A DNA stretch of 64,000 bases. Origin: Kudoa neothunni (Eukaryota > Animalia > Cnidaria). The DNA is taken from assembly GCA_964304625.1 (NCBI GenBank), contig OZ199839.1:10027201-10091200 (forward strand). Direction: 5' to 3'. A program made the position numbers and the translations under genes. Shown one piece after another: positions 13,567-26,339 of this stretch; positions within the stretch are counted from its first letter, which is position 1, and each line of letters opens with the position of its first letter. Below the pieces are notes generated by a model. That model was not told the DNA's origin. It searched no databases and worked only from the letters and a program-made list of their open reading frames with translations.

Positions 13567-16500
13567 ATGATGAATATTTTGATTTATTCAATGCTTATTG
13601 GCTATTTTAATAACATTTTAAACGAGAAATCTATAACTACAACTGTAATATAAATTATTTAACTGGTGAAATAACATTATATTTTAAGGATTTGCTGGTT
13701 TATCTCAATTTCACCAATTTCGTCATCAAGTCTTACTCATGTCATTCAGATGACTCTAAAATTTTTGGGGTGCATTGTCTTGAAATGCGAGAATTTTTCT
13801 GTTCTGGTACAAAATGTTCGTATCTCAGTTTATTCTAAAAATATTTATATAGACTTCAAAGAGGATGGTAATAATTCAAGAATAGAGATTGAAAACAACT
13901 GTTTGATCCAATTCTTTAGTCGAAATTCACTACCTAATCTTAAAATTACTATTCTAGTACCCCATAAATCACTCGAACCAAGGTAGAAGGTTATTTATTG
14001 CAATAATCAATTAAAATTAAATATACGCAGATTACATGAAGCATATTACAATTTTTACGGTGAGAAAATAGATCGTAGTGTATATATTGGAAATAATGTT
14101 TATCCAATACATTATTCAATGATGACCTTACCCGAAAAAATATTCTATCAATATATAGAATCAAATGGAGAATCGATCCAATTTACCCATGTATATAACC
14201 TCTAACAATAAAATGACTAATTTAATCTCTTTTAGTCACATCAAAAACTTCTTTGTAAATGTGTAATCTAAAATTTTACTATATTTAATGCTGGTGCTAA
14301 TATTAATATTTCATTCATTAACCTTCTAAGTAAAATGGAGTAGAGTTCTACCCCAAGTGAATTGTGCCAACAATATTATAATGTATAAATGGAACATAAC
14401 TCCTATCCACTTTTTGTAATCAATTTTCTTTATGAAAACTTTTAGAAAAATAAGTTGAAATTTTTTTTGTCATATTTTAAAAAAGTTAATGTAAAAACAC
14501 CTTCCAAATAAAATTAGTTAAAATATTGATACGAGTGATTTTTTTTAATTTACGGAATTTCTATCGAGTAAATAATGAATAAATAACGAAACATTATACA
14601 CGCGATGTCAACCCACATGTACAACATCGATAAAAACGTGCCGTTCTCTCCAGAATACAACGATGGCTCCTCATTCTCTCAATATTTTTATACCAGCAAA
14701 TCAAAATACGATAAATCCATCAGTTTGCTTATTTCTACGTTGTAGAGATAATTCAAAAACATATAATGGAATTGTTCAATATTTTGACATGTTTTGTGTT
14801 TTCGGTGCAGTTTTACACTGCGTTGTTTAAAATAAGATATATTAATTAGTGTCTGACATAACACTTGAATTAAATAATAAAACTAAAAACCCGCAGAAAT
14901 ACACCTATAAATACAATCATACTCCATACAAATGTAACAACATAAAAATGCGCATACGAGCATAGAATATTACTCAGGCGCGTGCCGTCCGGGTCATGGT
15001 ATGGTATGCAGTACATACCCTGGAATATGATGGATGAGAAAATTTTTATACCTGCATTGCAGGGTCTAACATGAAAATTAATAGGATAACACCAATTCAA
15101 AAATAAATACTGTGTGTATTAATGAAATACGTAAACAGAAAAATAGTTTGCATTTATCTCAATATTAGTTTAAATATATAAATTAGAATCAATATAAGTA
15201 GAATATTAGTCAAAATTAATAAAATCTGAATCAAGAATAGTCAAAAATAACTCGACATAGAGTAATTTTCATGGATCCAGGTGTGTAAGGCAATGGCAAA
15301 TTAAAGCCTGCGATGCTTGATTTGCCAACTTCCAATATAGTTGATTAATAAATATTCAATTGTGAGTGTATAATATACATATTATTAAAAATATATAAAT
15401 AAATTAAAAATTTTCAAATATTTAGGTCAAGGTAGGCAGAGGTCACGGCTGCCTCCTATATAAAACACACGTTGATACCCGTACTTACACATGCGGTGCG
15501 ATTCCGCGCACCTCTATTTTTTGTACTAGCTAGGCTATGAAAACTAAATTCAACATAACCTGTGTATTCACGTGACAACATGCAGTAACGGAAACCGATT
15601 TTCATCTCTCATACTTGAAATTATAACTATTTTTTGAATTATTAAATATTTAAATCATAATCAGTGCCTACGTGGTGCTAAAATTAGGTAATTTTTCAGA
15701 GAGGATGCGAGTTACATATACATTATCCCTATTCTGATTATCTGTTGAAGTGTTTTATGATTTTATCACGTTCTTTTCGAACTTGAATAGTCACTATTTC
15801 AAACAGTTTTCAAAATTCCCCTATGAAGAAAAGATGAGAATCATAACAAATAGTAGACCAACACCAAAGCTCTGCGAACTTAAACAACAGAAAGGAGATA
15901 AAATTACTCGTACCTTTCATGGTGTATGGTACGAGAGGAAATAATGGTTGTATAGACGTACTACAACAAAAAACTTTGTTATGTTCCTTACTTGTTATTT
16001 TCGGCACCTAATGAAAATATCTGGGTGAAAGAAAGATATTCTACTTTGAATAACTTGACTAACGTTTTGAATAAACATGAGCGATCTATAAAACATTATG
16101 ACAACCAAATATTACTGAAAAGTTTGGAACAACCTGAATTGATTTTCTATTTGACACAGAAGAATTTGAGCATTGAAATTCAAAATAAAAAAGTCGAAGA
16201 CGGCCGGAAAATATTGGAAAAATTTTCCCCATATAATTATGGTTTCTTAAATTTGATTAAACGAGGTCACAGCGTTAAAATTAAATAATTGGTAGAATAA
16301 AAGTAAGTTTCTCAATTAACATAAAAACGATGGCTATAAATAATTGAATTTTTGATAAAAATATCTCGAAAATAATTTGGAACTTTAAAATACGGTTCGT
16401 TTATTTAACATAACGAAATTTTGTTGATTAATACATGTCCTGTTGATAAAAAATCATTTTTATTGTTTTAAAATCAATTAATTCTCTAGATAATTATACA

Positions 16501-18518
16501 AAATCTATAATATTCACTCCTATTTACGTATTTGATGATAAAAATAGATTGCAACATTTTTTTGTTGGATAAAATAGATGAAATATCAGAAACGCTTTCT
16601 TCTATATTGCAGTCCCTTCGCTACATACCCAGAGCAACTGATCACAACATGTGCCTGATATAACTTTAATAATTTTTCATTTATTCAAGATTTACTCGAT
16701 AAATTTTCCTCAAATTTTGTCAGTCGATGCTAAATTTTATTTGAGACAATTTAATCAAATAAAATAATATGATAGATTTCTAGTCCATTTTTTTGGAGGT
16801 TGTAAATTTTTCAGATACATAGAAGGTTATAGATGAAAATTATTTAGTTAATACCTATTAAGCTAAAATATGTGTTAGGAATACGATGATCATGGTTACA
16901 TTACTGTTGATCAACACATGATTTCTTTGGGATACTTAACGGAGGTCAACCTCTATAATCCAGATATAAATACAATTAGAACCAAAAATGTAACATATTC
17001 ATTCTATTCACAATCTTTTCCCGGTCTGGGACATTCAGAAATCCTATTAATGATTATATATCATTTGATATTTGTAATTGAATATTTGTTGTTTTAAAAT
17101 ATTACAAAAACTATGTGTTAGCTCGGAAAATATATTACGAAAAATAATGGTGAAATGTACATCGAATTTCCTTGTTCATTATTAGATACAAAAATTAAAA
17201 TCACCGAAGAAGAATATAAAAGCTTAAGCTTTCAAAGTTATTATGATAAAAATTTTTGGGAGCGAATAAACATTATTTCCAAATATGATTTTTCCCTATG
17301 TGTGGACATCATTTATGACGTTGCGTTTAAATCTAATATACGGCATCCATGGAATTTAAACACGGAAAAATTGCTTTCAAGTGCATTTCCACCAAAAACC
17401 GGAAGAAAAGCTTTCGATGTATACAATTATTTTATATGAATATGATCATAACGAAAGTTTCTATTTGTATATTGATTTATCATAGATATATAACTATGTG
17501 ACAGATTTTAAATTGGAAAAATATTATCGTTCATTGGATTCCATGAAATCATTAACAAACATAGCTAACCGTTATAAAGTGTATGGTGCATCCAAATCAT
17601 CGTTAACGCCAGATGAGGCCTACAAACATACAAAGGAATCGGTCGCAAGGACTTTTTCCTATGTTCTACTAGAATTTATTTCAATGTTACCATCATTTAC
17701 AGATAATGATTACGTCTTTAGGACCCATGTATGATGGCTTTATTAATAAAAACTATATAGTTTTATTCTAGGAGAATGAACTTGGTTGGCAGCCAGAATT
17801 TCTTAGTGATCACACTATGAGGAGATATTATGGACGTAAATATAAGATATCTTCAATGAATTGATTTAATTCCATTGAAAGGTGAAAAGTTCCCCAACCC
17901 TCAAGGGAATTATGGCGGACCATCCTTAAATATCCCCAATAACAGCACAAACTCAGCTGATGATAGTGAATTCGCTGAACCCTATCACGATAATTCTAGT
18001 AACCCATTTCGTCAACAAAATGAATAAACTATAAATTTTACATTAAATTATACAGAAAGCGAGACTGAGCATCAAATAGATGAGAGTCAATCAAGCTCAT
18101 CGTATTATAAACGTCCCCCAACGTCTACCATAAGTTCTGAGGGTGGAAGTAATCAAAATCTCCTTATAGAAATTATGCACGAAATTATATAGGTAGCGAA
18201 AGTGGACGTCGAACAGATGGGAGTCAATCAAGCTCATCGTATAATAAACGTCCACCAACGTCTACCATAAGTTCTGAGGGTGGAAGTAATCAAAATCTCC
18301 TTATAGAAATTATGCACGAAATTATATAGGTAGCGAAAGTGGACGTCGAACAGATGGGAGTCAATCAAGCTCATCGTATAATAAACGTCCACCAACGTCT
18401 ACCATAAGTTCTGAGGGAGGAAGTAAACAAAACCTTTAACAATGACATAATTAATGTCTCAATCACGATATTAATAATCTTTATATTCTTTATTTTATTT
18501 TTTTCTATTGTAGAATGA
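13567..18518 (+). CDS. Orphan multi-exon gene (about 620 aa), possible signal peptide, Ser-rich C-terminal repeats
   Basis: A frame-consistent chain of short GT-AG introns joins MMNILIYSMLIGYFNNILN..., DFKEDGNNSR..., EYDDHGY..., MYIEFPCS..., VTDFKLEK..., ENELGWQPEF... and three repeat exons. One about 2.2-kb intron (about 14255-16489) is filled with TE debris. The stop is at 18439 (unspliced) or 18518 (spliced). Exons near 16500-16880 are less certain. Confidence 0.7.
14322..15110 (-). mobile_element. piggyBac 3'-end fragment inside the large intron
   Basis: TTAA|CCTTCTAAG end resembles the other piggyBac ends (shared CTACCCCAA subterminal motif with 10118). Degenerate Cys-rich C-terminal remnant (FYRCCTCG). 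Confidence 0.5.
15420..16290 (+). pseudogene. hAT (Tip100/ZMYM1-like) transposase N-terminal fragment with TTF-type zinc finger
   Basis: RPTP...RTFHGVWYERK*WL...W...LNKHERSIKH matches the ZnF_TTF pattern. Contains stops and frameshifts. Confidence 0.6.
18056..18422 (+). repeat. 137-bp tandem repeat = 93-nt exon + 44-nt intron, three exon copies
   Basis: GAGTCAATCAAGCTC recurs at 18084, 18221 and 18358. Exons 18056-18148, 18193-18285, 18330-18422. Identical introns 18149-18192 and 18286-18329. Confidence 0.93.
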
Positions 18519-18659
18519 AATCTGCGAAACCATCTCTTTGAACCAATGCTACGTTAAAATGCCATTAATTATCAATCTACTAATAATATATTACATTATT
18601 CGGTTATATTCTATTATATATGACATTAGTCGAAATTTTTTTTTCATAATGTAGCTACA

Positions 18660-21650
18660 GTGGGTGACGGGTAATACGCAGTAAGGCTAATACGTACGTT
18701 TGCTATTCCATACAGAATTTACTACTTGTTGAACACATTACTTAAGTTGACGTTTATAAACTTAATTTAGCTGAGTTATTACACGTAAAAATAATTTCTA
18801 GGCAAAAAAAACAATAAAATATTTTAATTTAAACGCATTGTTGTGTAATACGTACCATTTTCCCTGAAATTGACCTCAAAATCGTTCGCAGGGACTATTT
18901 GATTTGTATGTGTGATTGATATAAATCTTCATAATATTCTTATAATAAATAATAAACACATAGCAATGAAAAAGTTGATGTTAATATAAAAAACTTAGTC
19001 ACATCTTTAAAAATTATGTTGTTATATTCATATTAATTTTGAATAGTAACCTACCAATGAAATTACAAATTATGGAAGTATATGAAAATGGAACTGTAAA
19101 TATTAAAAAACTGAACAAACAATGAATCTAACGAACAATCTGCGAACGGTTTGCTTGAATAAGGTCAAGTATTTCAGAGTTATTTCTCGTAGGAAATTAT
19201 TTTTAAACGTAATGAAATTGTGAAGAGAATTATGTCAAATATCTATAATGTTAATTATGGTTGGTTTAAAGAACTGTTTAATCTGGGTAGGTTAAACTTT
19301 TATAGTGATCCGAAAATCGTTGGTGAATGCACGCCTAAGAATAACTCTGAAAATTTATAAACTCGAGTCGATGTTGAAGTTTAACTAAGACAGATCCTGA
19401 TTCAATTTTGTTGCAGTTTTCTACACAGGAAATATTAAAAATAGAGAATGAAATCTTTTCGGTTGAACAGGATGGTTTATAACCACTTAAAACACATTAC
19501 ATATCGAAACAAAGACGTTGAAAAAAATTACTAAATTTTCCAGTTCTCCAAGAGACATTAGTACGTCCTATTTAGAGCCAGTTGATTAATAAGTATCTAA
19601 ATTACAAAAACCATTTAACTGTCTCAAATGCATAAAGGTATTTAAATCAAAAAATAAATAATTTATCCAAAACAAAATTATCGAAAATTATTTTCAATTC
19701 CGATCGGATCTCACACCACGAGTTGGGAATCCCTGCTTATTATTATACATTTTTCGGATATCGCGTTAATCGTGAAATCGTGATATTGTAAGAAGAATGC
19801 GTCCAATGCCTTGAAAAGTTAAACGTAAAGGTCCTCCAAAATATTCATCAAATGAGTAATTGAAAAGAAAATGTTCTATTTTTCAGATTAATTTTAAATA
19901 AAAATGAACTTTTTTAAATTACTTAAAATAAATTTCCTAATTTTTATAATTAATAGGAATTCGTAGCTGGTTCCTTGATAAAGAAATAGTTGCTAAGGTT
20001 CTGACAAGAGGAGCAATCAACGAAGAGAATGAAGTTGGGTTATTCCCTGATATTGCGAATAATGCAAAACCTAGATTCCAGATTTAACGATTAAAAAATC
20101 TATCCTTTTTTGTGAGGACTTTCTATTTAACATAAAGACTACAATAACCAACAACAAAACGAATGATTACAGATGTATCATCTGTAAGCAAACTTTAACC
20201 CTTTCACGCTTGAATTTTTATTTATCGATAAAAAGGATATATAAATTTATATAAGTAATTTGACTTAAAACCTATATTTATTTTCTTAAAATAGCTTATA
20301 ATATTTCATAAAAATGGGTATTAAATGTTGCATCGTATACCGGGCATCCGGCATTAGTGGACCGGAATTTGTGCGCACGATAGAAATCGAAAGGAATTGA
20401 ATAAAAAAAATAAAATAGTGCATAATATGTCAATTATTTTTCATTGTAATTGTAGAGGAAATTTCTAACACTCATAAGACAACGTGGAACATTTCAAACA
20501 TACTACTACTTGGGGTTTTCTTTCGAAAATTTTGCATCTTCTTGGAAATGGAGTTACTTAAGACAAGGGAATTATATTATCAAATTTTATTTTATCGGAT
20601 AAAGAAATATGTTTGTTCCTTGGTAATTTAATGTTTTCGTTGATATTGTTTGGATTTGGATTGGGATCAATATTTTGGCGGCTTCGTTTGCGAGTTTGTA
20701 TAGATAATTGGTTTTAATATAAAAATGAATCACAAATTGAGTAGGTATAGGATATCAGATCAAGAGTTTAGGGCCTTTGTGGTATTGCGTATAGATTTGA
20801 TTCGACAACAATCAATTCAAGCAGTTCATTATCGAATAACCTATTAAAATAATCGATGGGATGAGTTAACTCGTTTAAATTTTCAACATTATCATTATTT
20901 TTGGATAATTCCAGATGCAAACATACGTTGTAAAATGTATTTTCCTATGTGGTTTCTGAATTAATTTAAGAATCATCTGATGACACGCATTCTTTTCCTC
21001 CATATTTGATGATATAATCACTGGATCGTCGTCAAAATACGAATGTGGCTCAGACATGCCAGCATCAGGTATAACAATGATTTCTGAAAGTTCGTTGTTA
21101 TTTTCATTATTATTAGTCGTAATGTCACAATCCTTTGTGATCAATCTAACTCCAGTCCACGAGCGCCGGATGTCCGGTATACGGGTACGTGTTAAACATT
21201 GTATTATTTCAAAAATTATTGATCTGATCCGTTTATAAATCTATTGGTTTAATGAAATAAATTATTCACATTATTCCAAATTTTCATTTTGGTAAATCAT
21301 GAAAACTTTAGATGTTATGATCAAATTCTTTTGAATGTTGCAGTGGTATGGTGGAGCCAATTTAAATTCCTAGTTTGATGAATGTAATATTTTTTAATAA
21401 TTTTGAAATCTATTATTAAAAAACAACTCCTTTAATATATTTTACTTATATTGATCACATTAAGAAATTTCGCTTAAGTAAGTTTCTGATTTAAAGACAA
21501 ATGGCTGCTCAGTATACCACCGGACATCCTGCACGATAGGGTAAAGCATAAATGAAAAATTCGTAGGCTGTCATGTGTTTCAGTGGAGCCATTTCAAATT
21601 TGAACGAATTAAAGAGATTTCATCATCATATTATGTAAATACGATTGAAT
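18660..21650 (+). pseudogene. Decayed element or gene ending in a PHD-finger-like remnant, split by a piggyBac insertion
   Basis: Excising 20199-21545 gives in-frame YRCIICKQTLSINEKFVGCHVFQWSHFKFE (degenerate C4HC3). An upstream CxxC remnant lies near 19800. Confidence 0.4.
20199..21541 (-). mobile_element. Internally deleted piggyBac element
   Basis: TTAA|CCCTTTCACGC ... GCACGATAGGG|TAAA. Internal inverted repeats at about 20334-20366 and 21151-21183. Retains N-terminal (PIDYFNRLFDNELLELIVVESNLYA) and C-terminal (RRCKI) transposase pieces only. Confidence 0.75.
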
Positions 21651-21889
21651 CTCGACTATTCGAAAAATTTGTGATCAGTGATTTTCATTCCGTTTAATCG
21701 AAAATTTATCGGCACGTAATTTCAATATAATCCAAATAAAATTTAAAATAACATCCAGATGGCGCGATTTCAGGATAATCAAGGTTTGACTATATTGGAT
21801 TTAAGCTGTTCGGGAGGTTAAATAATATTTCGTAAAAATTTAGATATTTCTTAAATAAAAACATTAATCATAGTCAGGGAAATAAATGT

Positions 21890-24739
21890 TTATATAATCG
21901 AAATTCTATTTGATTTTGGTTTTCTTCCACATTGAAATATTATAGTAGCTGCAATAATACCGATTAAAACCAGTAAGGAGATAACCACAACGGTTATTAT
22001 TATTCTAAAAATTTAATCAAATTTACTACAAAAAAAAATCTACTTGGTCTTATTATTGTTTCTAAAATAAAATTAGATAACCTAAAATATTAAACAAAAA
22101 TACGATATAGAATCAAAAGTAACAATTGTATCATCTATTAGATAATCAAATAAGAATTAAACGGATATAACAAAATCTACCTGCTCTAAACAACGTAAAA
22201 CCATTAATATCAACGTTTTCTTTGTAGTAAACCGTTAAATTGTTCAATAAACCAAACTCTTTGATATTTCTAATAGAAAATTTATTGCATGTAGGGACAC
22301 CGTTCACACAATTCGAATTGTTCGATTTAGTACAATGCCCTATTACTGACCAACTATTTTTTCGGAAGGTTTTTAGCACCCAGTAACAGTTTGCAGCCGG
22401 AGACTTAATTTTTTTGGGAAGAATGGCAGAAACAGTTAATTGAGTTTTATCCCATAACGCGATTACATTGATTTTTTGGGGGTCTAGAAAAAATATTTAA
22501 AAAATAATATTTGTTTATAATCAAATATTAAAGTAATATTTGTAATAATTGAAATTTATAAAAACCTTGTGGAATCGTAAGACATGATGTTTCAGAGACG
22601 TCAAAGATTGATTTCACGCAGATAAGATACTCCATAGATCGATTTAAGGGATCCAAAAATTCAATGCTATCACACGCAGGAGATGTTTTACAAGACATTA
22701 TTGTTGCATGTGCGTTAGATAGAATTCTGAAGTCGCTTTCGTTTGTAGGTTTAACAATTTTATTATCATTATGGCAAATATAATTCGGTTTGAAACCACC
22801 AATATATTCTTCAAAAATGGTATATTCACACTGAAAATCTAATTTAGATTTGTATGCCACTTTTGCGTGGATTTTTATGTTAAAACCTTCGTAACTGTAT
22901 TGAAGCTCTAAGGTACCATCAACTAAAACATTTTATTTAATCCTTTAACATAAATAATTTATTTTAAATACTTGGTAATATTATTGGATCGTAATCAGAA
23001 TCAACATAAACTTTGATTTTATATTTGGCAGTAGGATAAATTCCTCTAAGAACATAATTCTTATTGCACAGCCCACGACAAGAACGATGACCATCACAGT
23101 TTGCTTCGTAGAATAAATCGCTTTCCATTTGACTTACATAGAAAACGCAAGTATATCCCTTCGCTCTATCGTTCTTAACACTAATATTTCCTCTTAGTTT
23201 AATTATTTTTGGTTCATCTACGGGTAAAATTGCAATTTGTCGACTAAAATCAACTCCAGCTATCAGTTTAAAATATTAGTAAAATCATTATTGAAAAATT
23301 TACCTGTTCGAAATGTAACTTTTTCGGTGTGCCGCATACTTCCGCCATTACTTAAATCAATCATTACGAGGTATAATATTCCGGGTTCCAAGCGTTCAAT
23401 CGTTATCTGAGTGCATAATATGTCACAATTTGTCTCCTCATCACAGATAATTTGTGCCGAAACTTTTGTCATCGGAATGTCACCTCGGTACATATTTGTA
23501 TTACAACTATCATAAATAGGACTGTCTGTTTGAGTAGGATTGTTAAATTGTGAATTATCGAGAGAAACGCTTCTTTTGGAAATTTTTGAAACTATACCTC
23601 CAAAGGTATTATCAGCAGCTACAAATACTAAATAAAATATATTTTAATTAAATAATGAGGTTAAAAGTTAATACCAAATTTTTTATCAATAAAACCAGAA
23701 CCTATTATTTGTCGGTTATGATGTCTTGTTGTTATTCTTATTTCGACAATAGGATATAAATCGTAATAAAGTCCAACCGTTCTACAGGGAGAGTAGCATT
23801 CCTTTCCTATATAACTCCCGCCACAATCAGATGTGTATTCTGTAGGTTTTTCCCCAGACACGTAATTAGCTCTTATACTGAAGTGACAAATATCAGCAGA
23901 AAAATTATTCTCAAATGATAGGAGGTAAACATATTTTCGATCCACAGCTTTATAAACCACACTATACTGTGGTCTATACATTTCTATATTAGCCCGAATG
24001 TATTGGTTCGGCATATAATAATAGAAACTAGGTTTGTTTGAGCATTTAACCTCAAAATGTTCGATCAATAAATAGATCTCCACATGATGATACAGTTCAT
24101 CTTTGTGGGCATTAGAAGTATCAGATTTTTTCATATTCTCAACTTTATCGTTGTAATGTATTTCACAGTTACCAATTTCGTGTGTATCTGTGGTGACCAA
24201 AATATATATGTAATGATGTTCGATAGTTGTTCTCACCTTTAAATCGAACAAAATTGCTATAATAATTTTGAATACTTTATTTCTATAATTATTACAGACT
24301 TACGTGTCTCAAAACCAATTATATGCAAGCTTTCATCTGAACTTGTGTCACCTTCTGAAATTCTAACTGAGGCGTATTTTGAGTTCTTATCAACAAATTT
24401 ATATGCATATATTCCACTATCACATGTGAAATTGCAATAATTATGCGGGGAAATATCTTCCACCAATAAACATGTTCGTTCGCTACTGAGAATTTCGTCT
24501 GGAACAAGTATAGAACTCCAGCATTGTTCATTTGCTCCTGTGGAGCTAGTCACATTGAGTGTAATTTTAGGAGGAGATACTTCATGGTTAATATCATAGG
24601 TGAATTTTCTTGAATTAGCATCAAAACTGTTGCAACACGTTTGAGCGATGATATCTTTATATTATTAAACAAATCAGAGCAATATTTATTATATATTACA
24701 AATAATAATAGTAAATGTATGATAATTAATAATTTTCAT
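21890..24739 (-). CDS. Type I membrane protein with tandem 4-Cys FN3-like modules, paralog 2 (802 aa, 10 exons)
   Basis: Exons 24739-24700, 24654-24304, 24256-23675, 23627-23304, 23259-22972, 22922-22566, 22483-22181, 22134-22104, 22061-22044, 22004-21890 (2409 nt, open). Signal-like MKIINYHTFTIIIYIIAQTCCNS. FN3 motifs ITIERLEPGILYLVMI and YVLRGIYPTAKYKIKV. TM IIITVVVISLLVLIGIIAATIIF, tail QCGRKPKSNRISII*. Confidence 0.9.
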
Positions 24740-25020
24740 TCCTTTATTTTATTACGCCTGATACATCAAATGACGATATTGTTCCCTTCTATATAGCAAT
24801 TTATACTCAAGTAATTAAATAAGCGATTTATTCGATAATCTAATACATTTTAATGAGTTATATCTAATCCTTACGTAATTTTCTGAAATATGTTCAGTTA
24901 ATATATTTATATCATTTCGACACACATAAAAAATATTTATTTAATATTCGATACATGAATTTGCAGTTTTTACACCCTCACATTATAGTTTATTTTCCCT
25001 TATTATAAATATTGAATAAT
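24240..25020. repeat. Near-identical duplicated block (copy at 36946-37726) covering exon 2, exon 1 and 280 bp upstream of paralogs 2 and 3
   Basis: Constant offset of 12706. By eye, differences occur only inside exon 2 (about 8 nt). Confidence 0.92.
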
Positions 25021-26339
25021 TCTATTTGTCTATCAATAAATTAATAATATTAGGTTAAAATGATCGTTACTGGTGAATTTAGCTAAAATAGAAATTTAGT
25101 TTTGTGATCTGATAATTACTCTCCATAGAGATATTAATATATTTTATGGGTTGTATTTAATATCATTAAACTACGAAAATATTAAGGATAATTAAAATTA
25201 TTAAGAATCTTAAATTTATATTTTTAATTTACTATATCTATTTGCAACCAAAATTTTTTTATTAAATTATGAAATACGAAGTCCTTGAAACGCAAGCTCG
25301 AGAGCAAGCGAAGGAGTTGTTTTCAAATTAAATTCAGAAAAAGTATCTCATGTTTTTACAAATTTTCCGCAAAAACCAACATTTGTAATTATAGTAAATA
25401 TAAATTATAATAATACAAATAAATCAATGACAAATATGTACAGTAGATGAATAATGGAATAGATCCTTTTGATAACCATTGTGCACCTTCGAATTACACC
25501 AAAAGCTCGATATAGTGTGATAAATGGTGACTCGGGTTTTACGACGGTATGACAAATCACCATCTTATATCGATTCACGCGCAAATGCATCAGAGTAAAC
25601 ATTTTTAATGGACATATATCATTGAATTTTACCTTTTTATTGAAATTAATACATTTAATTTATCCATAAATGAATTAAATAATTATAGTTATTTATGGCG
25701 TTTATGAGAAGAGAACTTTAACGGATAACTATCGTAATTTTTTCAGCGGCTAAAAAGAATTTCGATAAAATTAATCTCTATGATCTTAATATTTTAGTAC
25801 TTTAAATTAAAATAATTTTATTATTATGAATTATTTCAATTTCATAACTAATTTGCAACACTCTCGGTTATATGATCTAGTTATTATCCATAAAATAAAT
25901 ATATTAAATTGTTGGACAAAGGATGACTTTAAATATACAAATAGCTTAGCTTATGCAATAAATTGTAATAATAAATCCAAATTTTTCATATTATACCTTT
26001 TAAATATATGCATGATTATTTGTAACATTATAATAACTGATGGTACTCCACTTGACTTCAAAATCATTGATAATATAATGAAATAGTTTTAAATATAAAT
26101 TGACTATTTTTATCAAAAAGAAGCTGTGTGAAAAAATACTGTTTGTGATTGGTCTTCGAACTCCCGCACATAATAATGTCTTTGTTGAAATAGATGTTAA
26201 TTTACAGTATATGTGACCAGCATTCGGCAACGAATACAAAACATCTTAAAATTTTAAGAATTATAATTCGTTAATAAAAACTTAAATAAGATGTTAATTT
26301 CTTTTCCCTTATATTTTATTTTGTATACGAAATAGGATG

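Noticed and set aside
18056-18422. CRISPR-like array
   Set aside because: Units are head-to-tail near-identical with no unique spacers, the context is eukaryotic, and exon+intron duplication explains it.
23560-23600. KR site (SKISKRSV) as a convertase cleavage site linking the receptors to the neighbouring convertase
   Set aside because: Absent in paralog 1 (SDITNSSI), and it aligns with the ordinary FN3 A-B strand turn. No evidence beyond proximity.
24785-24810. TATA-box candidates upstream of paralogs 2 and 3
   Set aside because: Not distinguishable from background in such AT-rich DNA without TSS data.
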